Origin: Planctomycetaceae bacterium | GTDB lineage: Bacteria > Planctomycetota > Planctomycetia > Pirellulales > PALSA-1355 | Assembly: GCA_003153375.1 (NCBI GenBank) | Contig: PLYM01000056.1 | Location: 28,855-92,854, forward strand | Direction of reading: 5' to 3' | DNA length: 64,000 nt | Shown here: positions 40,923 to 49,242 of the stretch, piece after piece | How positions within the stretch are numbered: the stretch's first letter is position 1 | Layout of the letters: each line of letters starts with the position of its first letter | The notes under the pieces: generated by a model | What the model was told of the DNA's origin: nothing | Databases searched by the model: none | What the model saw: only the letters and a program-made list of their open reading frames with translations | Program-made: the position numbers and the translations under genes

Positions 40923-42620
40923 TCACTTCTTGATAATCACGGCCCCGGCTGCGCCGGCGCCCCCGCCCCCGGCGCCTACTGCGCCATTCGTCGTAGCGGG
41001 CTTGCTCTGTCCTTGCGGCGTGGGAGTTTGGTTTTGGAACAGCAGGATCCGTTCGGCCCGAATCACGATTTCCTGATCGGCGTTGTTCAGGGCCTTGTTC
41101 AAGGTCGCGAACGCCAGCGGGCCCAGCTCCATCAACCGCTTGTGGGCGGCCTCGCGGGCCGAGAATTTCGCGTCGCCCAGTTGCGTCACGAGCCGATCGA
41201 CCTCGTTGCCCAACTGCGGATCGGCGTTGCGCTGTACCACCATGGCCACGCGCAGCATCTTGGTCGGTTCGGGAAAGACCGACAGCGGAATCGCCTCGTC
41301 AATCGTGCCCTGGCCGATCCGGCAGGCAACGACCACGTCTTCGCCCTCGAAGAACAACGAGCGGTAGTTGCTGACGAACAGCTCGACCTCGCCGGGAGTC
41401 AGACCGGTGCGGGTGAGTCGCTCGGTGAGCAAGGCCACGGTCTTGGCCGCGGTATCAGCCGCATCGGCTGCCAGCGGCTCCGACAGCGTGACTTCGACTC
41501 CCTTGCCCGGACTCACGGCGGCGGGACTTTTGCGTTTGATATTCGAGGAGAAAAACTTCTCCACCTGCTGGCGACTCTTGGCGCGTTTCTCATCCTCGGC
41601 GGTCGGCGCGGGTTTGTCCGCCGCCACAGGAGCCTCTGCCTTGGCTGGCGCTGCAGCGGCCGGATCGGCAGCAGCTGGCGCAGCGGCAGGCGCCGGCTTG
41701 TCGTCCTGTTTCGGCGCTTTGTCTTTGCTCGGATCCTTTTCGGCGGCCGGCTTGGCCGTCGGCGGCGCCGCGGGCGCGGCAGGGCTCTTGCCGTCGTCGA
41801 ACAGGTCGGCCGGGGCTGCCTTGGGCGGCTCGGCGGGCGCGGCCGGCTTGGGAGTCGATGAGGCTGCCGGCAGCACGTCGAGCCAGGCGATGCGCCGCCC
41901 TTGGGGCGTAGCACGCGAAATGAGCACGTCGTGCAGCGTCGCGCCCGAGATGTTGATCACCGTGTATTTGTCGGGCCCTCCCTCGAGACGAATCGGGGCG
42001 GGCAGCGTCAACTCGACGTCGTAGGCCAGAAAACGCTCGGAGCGGGCACCGCGGCGGACGAACAAGGCTTCGATCGCACGGGCTCGGTGAATCCAATGGT
42101 CCGAATCGACATAGGCCAACTCACCCTGGTCCTCGATCTTCTCGACCAGATCCAGCGCGGGCATGCCGGCCCAGCGGAGCCGATTGGGCAGGCCCTCGCC
42201 GGCGGGCCAGTGAGCCAGGAACGTGCCCGCCTTGGTGCGCAGGTCGACGTCCAGGTTCGTGGCCGGGCTGCCATGAAACGTCATCAGGTTGATCGGCGCC
42301 ACGCGGCGCACGAGCGCTTCGCCGGGCTTGGCGGCCGGGCCATTGCGGCTCGACGAGACCGTGGGCGGCAGAGCCGAAGGATAGGCGGTGCGCAGATTTG
42401 CTTGCTGTCCGCCGGGCTCCATGATCCACAGCGAGAGATCGTGAACTTCGAACTTGCCCTTGGGCTGCTCGGCTCGCACGTCTGCTGCGCAGCACAGCAG
42501 GGCGCAGCACACCCAGGCGCCAAACGCCGCGGCGCGGCAGGCCGCGGTCGGCCGGCGCAACCGCCCGAGCGTTAATTGGCCAGAACTTCGCATAGGAACC
42601 CTCTCCCGGTGCATCGGCAT
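40923..42620 (-). CDS. Secreted hypothetical protein with central Pro/Ala/Lys-rich linker
   Basis: 565 aa. The N-terminus has a hydrophobic signal (AAAFGAWVCCALLCCAADVRA). The folded N-domain is followed by about 90 aa of PAAPAEPPKAAP.../KPAPAAAPAAADPAAAAPAKAEAP low complexity. A second domain ends in a Gly/Ala tail. The ORF starts 3 nt after the upstream stop. Confidence 0.75.
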   Translation of the reverse strand: MPMHRERVPMRSSGQLTLGRLRRPTAACRAAAFGAWVCCALLCCAADVRAEQPKGKFEVHDLSLWIMEPGGQQANLRTAYPSALPPTVSSSRNGPAAKPGEALVRRVAPINLMTFHGSPATNLDVDLRTKAGTFLAHWPAGEGLPNRLRWAGMPALDLVEKIEDQGELAYVDSDHWIHRARAIEALFVRRGARSERFLAYDVELTLPAPIRLEGGPDKYTVINISGATLHDVLISRATPQGRRIAWLDVLPAASSTPKPAAPAEPPKAAPADLFDDGKSPAAPAAPPTAKPAAEKDPSKDKAPKQDDKPAPAAAPAAADPAAAAPAKAEAPVAADKPAPTAEDEKRAKSRQQVEKFFSSNIKRKSPAAVSPGKGVEVTLSEPLAADAADTAAKTVALLTERLTRTGLTPGEVELFVSNYRSLFFEGEDVVVACRIGQGTIDEAIPLSVFPEPTKMLRVAMVVQRNADPQLGNEVDRLVTQLGDAKFSAREAAHKRLMELGPLAFATLNKALNNADQEIVIRAERILLFQNQTPTPQGQSKPATTNGAVGAGGGGAGAAGAVIIKK

Positions 42621-42623
42621 CGA

Positions 42624-44288
42624 CTACCTGGCCTCGGCACGAAACAGTCGCGGCTCGGCCCAGATCACGCGGTCGCCGACGTCTTCGCCTTCGCCGAAAT
42701 CGACCTCCAGGGCCAGTTGTTTGGCGCCTTGGACGCTGACCTCGACATCGCGCGGATCTTGATCGCCGCGCAAGTCTTTCTCGGCGAATGCCGCGCGGCC
42801 GTCGACCAATACACGGCAAACGACGCGTCCACGGCCCGCGGCACTATCGTCGAATCCGACCGTGGACTTGAACTTCTCGTACTGCCCGTCGAGAGCGAAC
42901 GTGAGCACCGAGCGCGAGTGCATCGCCAGCGAGCGCGTAGGCAGCTTGCCTTTGACGCGCGGGGGCGAACCCTCGAAGCCCGAATCGCGCTGCCAGTGCA
43001 TGACGCGGCCAAAATAGGCCACCTCTTCGACGGTGATCGGCTCCAGGTCGCTGAGATACGTCAACTTGCCGTTGCGAACTCGAATGTCGGCCAGCGAGGC
43101 GACGGGAATCTTGACGCGCGCGTCCCACATCGTTTCCAGCTCGAGCTCTCGTTCGTTGATCGCGGTCAGCCGGCCCGCGAGCGAATCGCCCGAGGCCAGC
43201 GTGAACACCTGGTAGGGCGTGGTCACGGGGGGCAGCTTGGGGTGCGTGGCAAACACGATGCCGAGCAGCCGCTCCTCCTTCAACGTGCGGTCGGCGCCCT
43301 GAAAGCGGAGAGTCAACTTGCCGTCGGCCAGAGTCTGCACGGTGCCGGCCACCTGGGCCACGGTTTTGTCGGCAGCCAGCAGAAATACGACATCCTCGGC
43401 GGCTGGTCCCTCGAGTTGCTTGTCGAACTCGACCCGCGAGGCGGATTTGCCGAACCAGACTCCCTGCACGCGCAGCAGCGGAATTTGCAGGTCGGCCTTC
43501 CAATCGGTGCGCAGCGCGAGCGACTCGCCGGTCATCGCGGTGACGTCGCCGAACAAACGGCCGGCCGCCGACCTGGCAGGCCCCGCATAGACGATGGCCT
43601 TCGACGGCGCCACCGTGGCCACCTTGGCGGGATCGCCGGCTTTCTTGGCGCCCGAATCGACCTTGGCCTTGTCGCTGGTGTGGGTCGTGGCCACGACGCT
43701 GGCCGCGCTGGTGCTGCCGTCGGCATAAGTGAACGTCACGTCGAACTTCTGCTGGAAGCTGTCTTCCGAGGCGGGCTCGATATACAGCTCGGCTTCGCTG
43801 GCCATGTCCGCACGCGAAATTGCCAGCCGCCAATGCGGCGTCTTCGAGGTGTCGAGCCGCCAGATGTGTAGCCGCTTGGACGGGAAGCGACAGGTGACCG
43901 CGATCTGCTTGATGGCCTGAGCCTTGAGATTGATCGCGTGCAGGTGCAGATCCTGGATGGAGTTGCCCCCCGCGGCGCCGCCGACTTGCACCACGTCGTG
44001 ATTGTCCTGGCCAAGCCAACTCATGTCGGAGCCCGAGGCCGCCTGGGGCGACTTGCCAAACTCGATGCGCTGCACGTCAGCCAAGGGCAACTGACGCGGC
44101 GTCGGACCACCCAGCACGAGCTTGCCATCTTCGAGACCCGTGATCTGCGCTCCGATCTGCTCGTCGTCAACGGTCACGACCAGCGCCTTGGCGCCCGGCG
44201 CTGGCGGTTCGTCGGCCCCGAGTGGACGCGCGAGCAGGGCCAGCGCGAGCAGGAGAACGAGGTGAGTCGTGCGCGAAAGGAACATCAT
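42624..44288 (-). CDS. Secreted protein with C-terminal NPCBM-like (GH98-associated carbohydrate-binding) domain
   Basis: 554 aa with signal MMFLSRTTHLVLLLALALLARPLGA. The C-terminus is YLSDLEP...RSLAMHSRSVLTFALDGQYEKFKSTVGFDD..GRGRVVCRVLVDG...VEVSVQGAKQLALEVDFGEGEDVGDRVIWAEPRL, which follows the NPCBM pattern. Its start overlaps the upstream stop (ATGA). Confidence 0.75.
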   Translation of the reverse strand: MMFLSRTTHLVLLLALALLARPLGADEPPAPGAKALVVTVDDEQIGAQITGLEDGKLVLGGPTPRQLPLADVQRIEFGKSPQAASGSDMSWLGQDNHDVVQVGGAAGGNSIQDLHLHAINLKAQAIKQIAVTCRFPSKRLHIWRLDTSKTPHWRLAISRADMASEAELYIEPASEDSFQQKFDVTFTYADGSTSAASVVATTHTSDKAKVDSGAKKAGDPAKVATVAPSKAIVYAGPARSAAGRLFGDVTAMTGESLALRTDWKADLQIPLLRVQGVWFGKSASRVEFDKQLEGPAAEDVVFLLAADKTVAQVAGTVQTLADGKLTLRFQGADRTLKEERLLGIVFATHPKLPPVTTPYQVFTLASGDSLAGRLTAINERELELETMWDARVKIPVASLADIRVRNGKLTYLSDLEPITVEEVAYFGRVMHWQRDSGFEGSPPRVKGKLPTRSLAMHSRSVLTFALDGQYEKFKSTVGFDDSAAGRGRVVCRVLVDGRAAFAEKDLRGDQDPRDVEVSVQGAKQLALEVDFGEGEDVGDRVIWAEPRLFRAEAR

Positions 44289-44860
44289 GGAGTGGCCGTC
44301 TCCACGGCCGGAGACTGCTTGTTCAACGCCGCGCCCGATTTGGCGCTGAGGGTCGGCTTCACCGTCGGGTCTTCGGGCGCATCGCCGGCGGGCTTTTCTT
44401 CGGCGAGCCGCAAGTAGTAGCGCTCCAGGATTTTTTGATAGTGGGGCGGAAAACCCTCGGTCATGGACTGCAGGATTTGCTGCCGCTTGTGAGCGGGCAG
44501 TTGGCCCCAGCTTCGTCCGCGGCGGTTGGCGTCGTGCAAGGGGCCCGAGCCGCCCGGACCGGCCTTGATGATCGAATCCTCGGCCGGCTTATCCGGGTTC
44601 GCGCTCGCCTGACCGCCGTTCTGGCCGCGACGCTCTTCGAGAAACTTGATGAGAGCCCCCAGTTTGTCGATGGCCTCTTTCTCTTTTTGCTGCGTGGGCT
44701 TGTCAGTGAGCATCTTGCCAAGTCGGCCACCGGCAACCTGCATGTCGGCGATCACGCCGTCGAGCGGGGCCATCTCGTCTTCTTCCTGCGCCCGTGCGAC
44801 GCCGCACACTGCCAGCGACAGGGCGAACGCCAGCGCGAAATGCTTGCTCAATATTTTCAT
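44285..44860 (-). CDS. Small secreted hypothetical protein (191 aa)
   Basis: ORF 44285..45031 trimmed to ATG 44860 (MKILSKHFALAFALSLAVCGVARA signal). The protein is charged and helical (KPTQQKEKEAIDKLGALIKFLEE, QQILQSMTEGFPPHYQKILERYYLRLAEE). Confidence 0.7.
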   Translation of the reverse strand: MKILSKHFALAFALSLAVCGVARAQEEDEMAPLDGVIADMQVAGGRLGKMLTDKPTQQKEKEAIDKLGALIKFLEERRGQNGGQASANPDKPAEDSIIKAGPGGSGPLHDANRRGRSWGQLPAHKRQQILQSMTEGFPPHYQKILERYYLRLAEEKPAGDAPEDPTVKPTLSAKSGAALNKQSPAVETATP

Positions 44861-44900
44861 GTTGATTTCTCGCTTTCGGGGTCTGAGTCCCTGACCGTGT

Positions 44901-46826
44901 TTATTCGGGCTGCGGAATGTCGTCGCCGCGTTCGGAGGCCAATTGCTCGGTGGCGTCGCGAATATCTTCCTGGCGGCCTTCGAGATGTTCGATCTGTTTG
45001 CGAATCGCGCCCGCAGGAGAGGCCTCGCCACGTTTGCCGTCGACGTCGATCGTGCTCTGATGGACGCGCGTTTCCAGCAGGCGGATCATCTTCAACTCCG
45101 AGATGATGCGGTTCTGCTCCCGGCGTTGTTCGTCGGGCGAGTTGCCGGCCATGCGTTTGCCTTTTTTGCTGTTGGCGTCGGACATTTCCGAAACGACCTC
45201 GAGCATCTCCTTCAAGTCTTCCTCGATTTGCTTTTCGGACCGCACGACGTCGGCCGATGCGTCGCCGTCAGCCAGGGCGACCTGCACCGTCTCGGTGGCA
45301 TCGCGAATGGCGGCCAGGGCGGCGGGCAATGCAATGCCGAATTCGGTCTCCTCGACGATATTGATCAGGTCCTGAGCGGCGTCGCTGATCTTCTCCTCGC
45401 GCTTGGCGACGGCCGAGAGGGCCGAGAGCGCCTGGCGCGAACCTTCCTTGACGCCCGGCCCCAGAGCTACGGTGCGCTCGCGCACGGCGACTTGCATCTC
45501 AAGCATCGCCGTCAGGCCCTCGGTGACGCGCTTCTTCACTTCGCGGCGCAATTGACGGGCCAGGCGTTCGGCCTCCTCGGCCAACTGCTCCTCGGCGTCT
45601 TTGAGCGCCGCCAAGGCCTTGCCCTGTTCGCCGTTGCCCTGGCCGGCCTGGGAACTGCCGAACGCCCCTTCGGCACTGGCCATGGCTTCGCCAGCTTTGG
45701 TCAAATCTTCCAGGGCCGTAGCGCCGTTGTTGCCCAGCCCGCGGGTCATTTCCGCCACTTGATCGGTGGCGCCGCGGTTGGCCTCCTGCTCTTTCTTCAT
45801 GGCGGCAAACTTGTCTTTATTCAACGCGTCCTTGGCTTCGGCCTCTTTCTTGGCGACTTCCTCGAGTTCCTTCTTCAGGCTCTCGAGCGCCTTCTCCATC
45901 GGTGGCAGGGCGTCGACGGGAGCGGTTTTGGCCAGCGCGTCGACGGCCGACTGCATTTGCTCGCCGGCCTCGGTCAGGCTGGGCGAGGCGCCGCCGGCCG
46001 AGGCATCGGCCGAAAGGGCCTTCGTGCCTTGGCGCGTGGCTTCCTGACCCGTGGCCAGCTTGGCAACGGACGCGCGCTCGTCGTCACCCAGTTTGTCTTG
46101 CTTGGCCAACGGCGTGTTGGCGGCGACATGTTCGGTTTGCTGCTTGACGAGTTCCTGGAGCGCCGCGCGGCGCTTGGCCAGCGCGGCCAATTCCTTTTCC
46201 TTGGCGGCGGTCTGTTTCGACAGTTTCTCCTCGCGGCTCTCCTCCTTGATCACGGCGTCGAGCTTGCGCAGCGTGGCGCGGATGGCTCGCAGCCGCTCGA
46301 TCCGCATCTCGAAATCGAGATCGCCCGAGAGCAGCAACTGTTGCAGCCGCTCGAGCCGGGCCAGCAGCTCCTTCTGTTCGCCGGCCGCGTCCTTGAGATT
46401 CAATTTGGCCAGGGCCTCTTGGGCTTCCTTCATGCGGTGCAGGATCAGTTCCTCGCGGGCGTACTTCAGACCGACCATCAATCGCGAGGAGTTTTCCGGT
46501 TCGAGCTTTTTCAGCGCTTCGGAGAGCCGGAACATCCGCTGCTCCAATTCCGACATCTCTCCGTGAACCTGCTCTTCGCGGAAGCTCAATTGATCGGCCA
46601 CGGTCACATCGCGATCACCGCGCTGGCCGAGACCGGCTTCGGTCTTCTTGGCCGGTTTCTGCTCGGGCGCGGCGGGGTCGGCGGGTTTGGCAACATCGGG
46701 CTTGGCATCGCCGCCACCGGCGAGCTGGAATGTTCCCGTTTGCGCGGAGGCGATTCCGGCAAACGAAAAAATCAACGCGGTCCAACACGCCGTCGTTCCG
46801 GCGATTCGCACCAGCAGGCTTTTCAT
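44901..46826 (-). CDS. Secreted coiled-coil protein (641 aa)
   Basis: ORF 44901..47003 trimmed to ATG 46826, preceded by ggggagg (MKSLLVRIAGTTACWTALIFSFAGIASA signal). It contains long A/E/K/L/Q-rich heptad-like stretches. The 662-aa + strand ORF 44943..46931 is its antisense shadow. Confidence 0.8.
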   Translation of the reverse strand: MKSLLVRIAGTTACWTALIFSFAGIASAQTGTFQLAGGGDAKPDVAKPADPAAPEQKPAKKTEAGLGQRGDRDVTVADQLSFREEQVHGEMSELEQRMFRLSEALKKLEPENSSRLMVGLKYAREELILHRMKEAQEALAKLNLKDAAGEQKELLARLERLQQLLLSGDLDFEMRIERLRAIRATLRKLDAVIKEESREEKLSKQTAAKEKELAALAKRRAALQELVKQQTEHVAANTPLAKQDKLGDDERASVAKLATGQEATRQGTKALSADASAGGASPSLTEAGEQMQSAVDALAKTAPVDALPPMEKALESLKKELEEVAKKEAEAKDALNKDKFAAMKKEQEANRGATDQVAEMTRGLGNNGATALEDLTKAGEAMASAEGAFGSSQAGQGNGEQGKALAALKDAEEQLAEEAERLARQLRREVKKRVTEGLTAMLEMQVAVRERTVALGPGVKEGSRQALSALSAVAKREEKISDAAQDLINIVEETEFGIALPAALAAIRDATETVQVALADGDASADVVRSEKQIEEDLKEMLEVVSEMSDANSKKGKRMAGNSPDEQRREQNRIISELKMIRLLETRVHQSTIDVDGKRGEASPAGAIRKQIEHLEGRQEDIRDATEQLASERGDDIPQPE

Positions 46827-46999
46827 CGCGGTTCCTCCCCGTGGATTGGTGTAGCCATTCCGAAGTCCTTTTGGATGCGCCCAAACAATCGCATCCTCTT
46901 TTGTAGCGCAGCCGGGTGCGCCAGTCAATAAAAGTCCGCTCGCCGACGGCCTATTCGCCGCAGTCCACCCGATTAGCAGGTCTGTTGATCCCAATTGGA

Positions 47000-49219
47000 T
47001 CATTTGTCGAACAGGTCGTCGGTGCGTTGTTTCTCGATTTCCTCGGTTGATTTCAATACCTGCCCTTGCCTATCGATGATTTGCTTCAATTGGTTGACCA
47101 CGTCGATGAAGCTCTCCCACAGTGACATCTGGGCCAGGATGCTTTGCATCGACTCGATCGCTCGGTCCGATAGCTTAACCGTCTCGGCCCGACGCTCCTC
47201 GGACACGGTCGCCTGTTGGGCCAGACCGTCGACCGACGCGCGCAGTGGCAGCAGCAGTTCGGCGTGCAGCGTGCGTAGCGGCGTGATGACCGAGGCCTGC
47301 AAACTCTCGCGGGCCTGCGGATTGCCCAGATCGTTGAGCGTCATCTCGAGCAAGCTGGCGTCCAGTTGATTGGCCACCTGCCACACACTGCGGGCGATCA
47401 CTTGCTCGGCCCGCGAAACGCCCAGGGCCTGCTCGGGCTTGTCGAGCGCGGCCAGGGTCTTGCCTTGTTCCTTGGCGCTGTCGAGGGCCGCGCTGAACTT
47501 GGCCCGCTGCTCGCGCTGGCGGGTGAGGATGTCGTAGAACAATTCGTCAGGCGCCACGATCTGGAAGGCCAGCCAGCGCGAATTGCCCGCTTGCACGCCG
47601 AGCGCGCAATTGTCAGTCGCCACGCCACGCAGCTTGAGCGCGTTGCCAGGCGTCAGGCCGCGCTCGCGCAGGGCCAGCTCGTGGTCGATTTCGATCTCGC
47701 CGCGCAGTGCCCCCTGGCCGTCGGCCCCGGGTAGCTTGTCGAGTTCCTCGTGCTTCGTTTCGACGCTGGGCTTGTCGTCGCGCACGGCGGTGCGCTCCCA
47801 ATCGAGAGCCAGCGCCGCGACGCCAAAATCGTCGTTGGCTCGTAGTGATAGCGGGATGCGCGCCACGGGCGTGATGCGGCGTCCAACGCCCGAGGAGCGA
47901 ATCGTGACCCGCGGCTCGCGATCCTTGAGCAGGCCGATCGTGAGGAAGTAAGGCTTCGAGGCCAAGGCGCCGCGCTGGGAAAACAGCCGGAACTCGATCG
48001 TCGACGACTCCTTCATGGTCCAGGTGAGCGTGTAGGTTTTTTCGTCGACGCGTTGCCAGCCGGCGGCGGGCTGGCCATTGCTGATCGCCTCGGCAGATTG
48101 CAGGGGCCCGTCGGCCACCAGCCGCAGCACGAGCTCGGTCTCGGGTAAGTACAACAGCTGCTGCGTGCCTTCGCCAACGCGCTGGACTTGCGGGTTGCTG
48201 CCGCCGGGGCGCGTGGCCGTGATTTCCAACACGCTGACCGTGGGCCGGGCGATCGGTTCGATCACGATCGGGCCCAGCCAATCGTCGCCACCGGTGATGT
48301 GCAGGGCGATCGGCTCGGCCAGCGGGGGTAGCTCGTAGCGGAAACTCGACTCGTCGAACTGCACCGCGTTGCCGCGGCGCGTGCCGCCGTCGGCCTGAAC
48401 ATAGGAAACGCTGACTTGCGTCGGGGGTTCGCTGAGAGGCGATTCGGCGCCTTCCATGGCTAACGGCTCGCCACGGCCGGGCAAGATCCAGCAACCATCA
48501 CCAGCCACGAATTTCGGCCGGGCATCGATCTGCACGAGCGACGTCTCGCCGCGCGGCACCAGCAGTGCATTGCCGTCGCCCAGGCCTACGACCTGCAAAT
48601 ACGTTTGCTGCGGCCAGCGCTGGGTCGAGCCAGCCAGCCAACGACGAGCCCACAGTTGAGCCACGGCGGGCCATAGCAGACAAAACGCGACCGTGGCGAC
48701 GATCAACACGATGCTGACGGCCACGAGTTTGTGCCGGCGCGGGAGATTGAGCGGGGCCGCCAAATCGACGCGGTCGAGCGCCTCGGAACATTCGGCCACG
48801 GCGGCGTACACCATGCTCGGCGAGGCCTGATGATCTTGCGACAGCAAGTCGGGCAGTTGCAGCACGTTGGAAATGCGCTGGCCCACGCCCGGCGCGCGGC
48901 GATCGAGCAATTCAGCCAGGACCAGATGATCCAACGGCAAGAGCAGCGGCCGCAGCAGGCGTTGATAGGCCAGCCAGAGAATAGCCCCGACCGCGATGCC
49001 TAACAGCCCCAACCGCGCCGGCAGATTGAACCGCAGCAGCCAGTCGAGCAGCAGGCTGGCGGCGCCGGCCAACACCACGGCGCCGATCACCCAAAACAGT
49101 CCCTCGACCAGCAGGTGCAGACGCAGCCGCTGGCGCACGGCGTCGAGTCGACGCTCCAAGGCGCGTTGCGATTGTTGCAATCGCTCGGGCACCGGTTTGT
49201 GTTCTAACATCGTGGCCAT
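47000..49219 (-). CDS. Multi-pass N-terminal membrane anchor plus large extracytoplasmic domain, hypothetical (739 aa)
   Basis: ORF 47000..49327 trimmed to ATG 49219, which follows the upstream stop at 49243. TM helices are LLVEGLFWVIGAVVLAGAASLLLDWLL, LGLLGIAVGAILWLAY and LVAVSIVLIVATVAFCLLWPAV. The remainder looks beta-rich, with a helical C-terminus. Confidence 0.75.
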   Translation of the reverse strand: MATMLEHKPVPERLQQSQRALERRLDAVRQRLRLHLLVEGLFWVIGAVVLAGAASLLLDWLLRFNLPARLGLLGIAVGAILWLAYQRLLRPLLLPLDHLVLAELLDRRAPGVGQRISNVLQLPDLLSQDHQASPSMVYAAVAECSEALDRVDLAAPLNLPRRHKLVAVSIVLIVATVAFCLLWPAVAQLWARRWLAGSTQRWPQQTYLQVVGLGDGNALLVPRGETSLVQIDARPKFVAGDGCWILPGRGEPLAMEGAESPLSEPPTQVSVSYVQADGGTRRGNAVQFDESSFRYELPPLAEPIALHITGGDDWLGPIVIEPIARPTVSVLEITATRPGGSNPQVQRVGEGTQQLLYLPETELVLRLVADGPLQSAEAISNGQPAAGWQRVDEKTYTLTWTMKESSTIEFRLFSQRGALASKPYFLTIGLLKDREPRVTIRSSGVGRRITPVARIPLSLRANDDFGVAALALDWERTAVRDDKPSVETKHEELDKLPGADGQGALRGEIEIDHELALRERGLTPGNALKLRGVATDNCALGVQAGNSRWLAFQIVAPDELFYDILTRQREQRAKFSAALDSAKEQGKTLAALDKPEQALGVSRAEQVIARSVWQVANQLDASLLEMTLNDLGNPQARESLQASVITPLRTLHAELLLPLRASVDGLAQQATVSEERRAETVKLSDRAIESMQSILAQMSLWESFIDVVNQLKQIIDRQGQVLKSTEEIEKQRTDDLFDK

Positions 49220-49242
49220 AATCACGCCTTGCCGGAATGGAC

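Noticed and set aside
46873-46903. Hairpin ggatgcg-N10-cgcatcc followed by tcttttg (terminator-like on the + strand) in the 173-nt gap of the minus-strand gene train
   Set aside because: It is oriented for the + strand, where no gene is present. On the minus strand it lacks a U-tract. A 7-bp stem is weak evidence. At most it could damp antisense transcription.
44943-46931. 662-aa + strand ORF
   Set aside because: It is antisense to the coiled-coil gene 44901..46826. That gene has a signal peptide, an SD-like ggggagg and a balanced E/K/A/L composition, whereas the + frame is L/G/R/F-rich nonsense.
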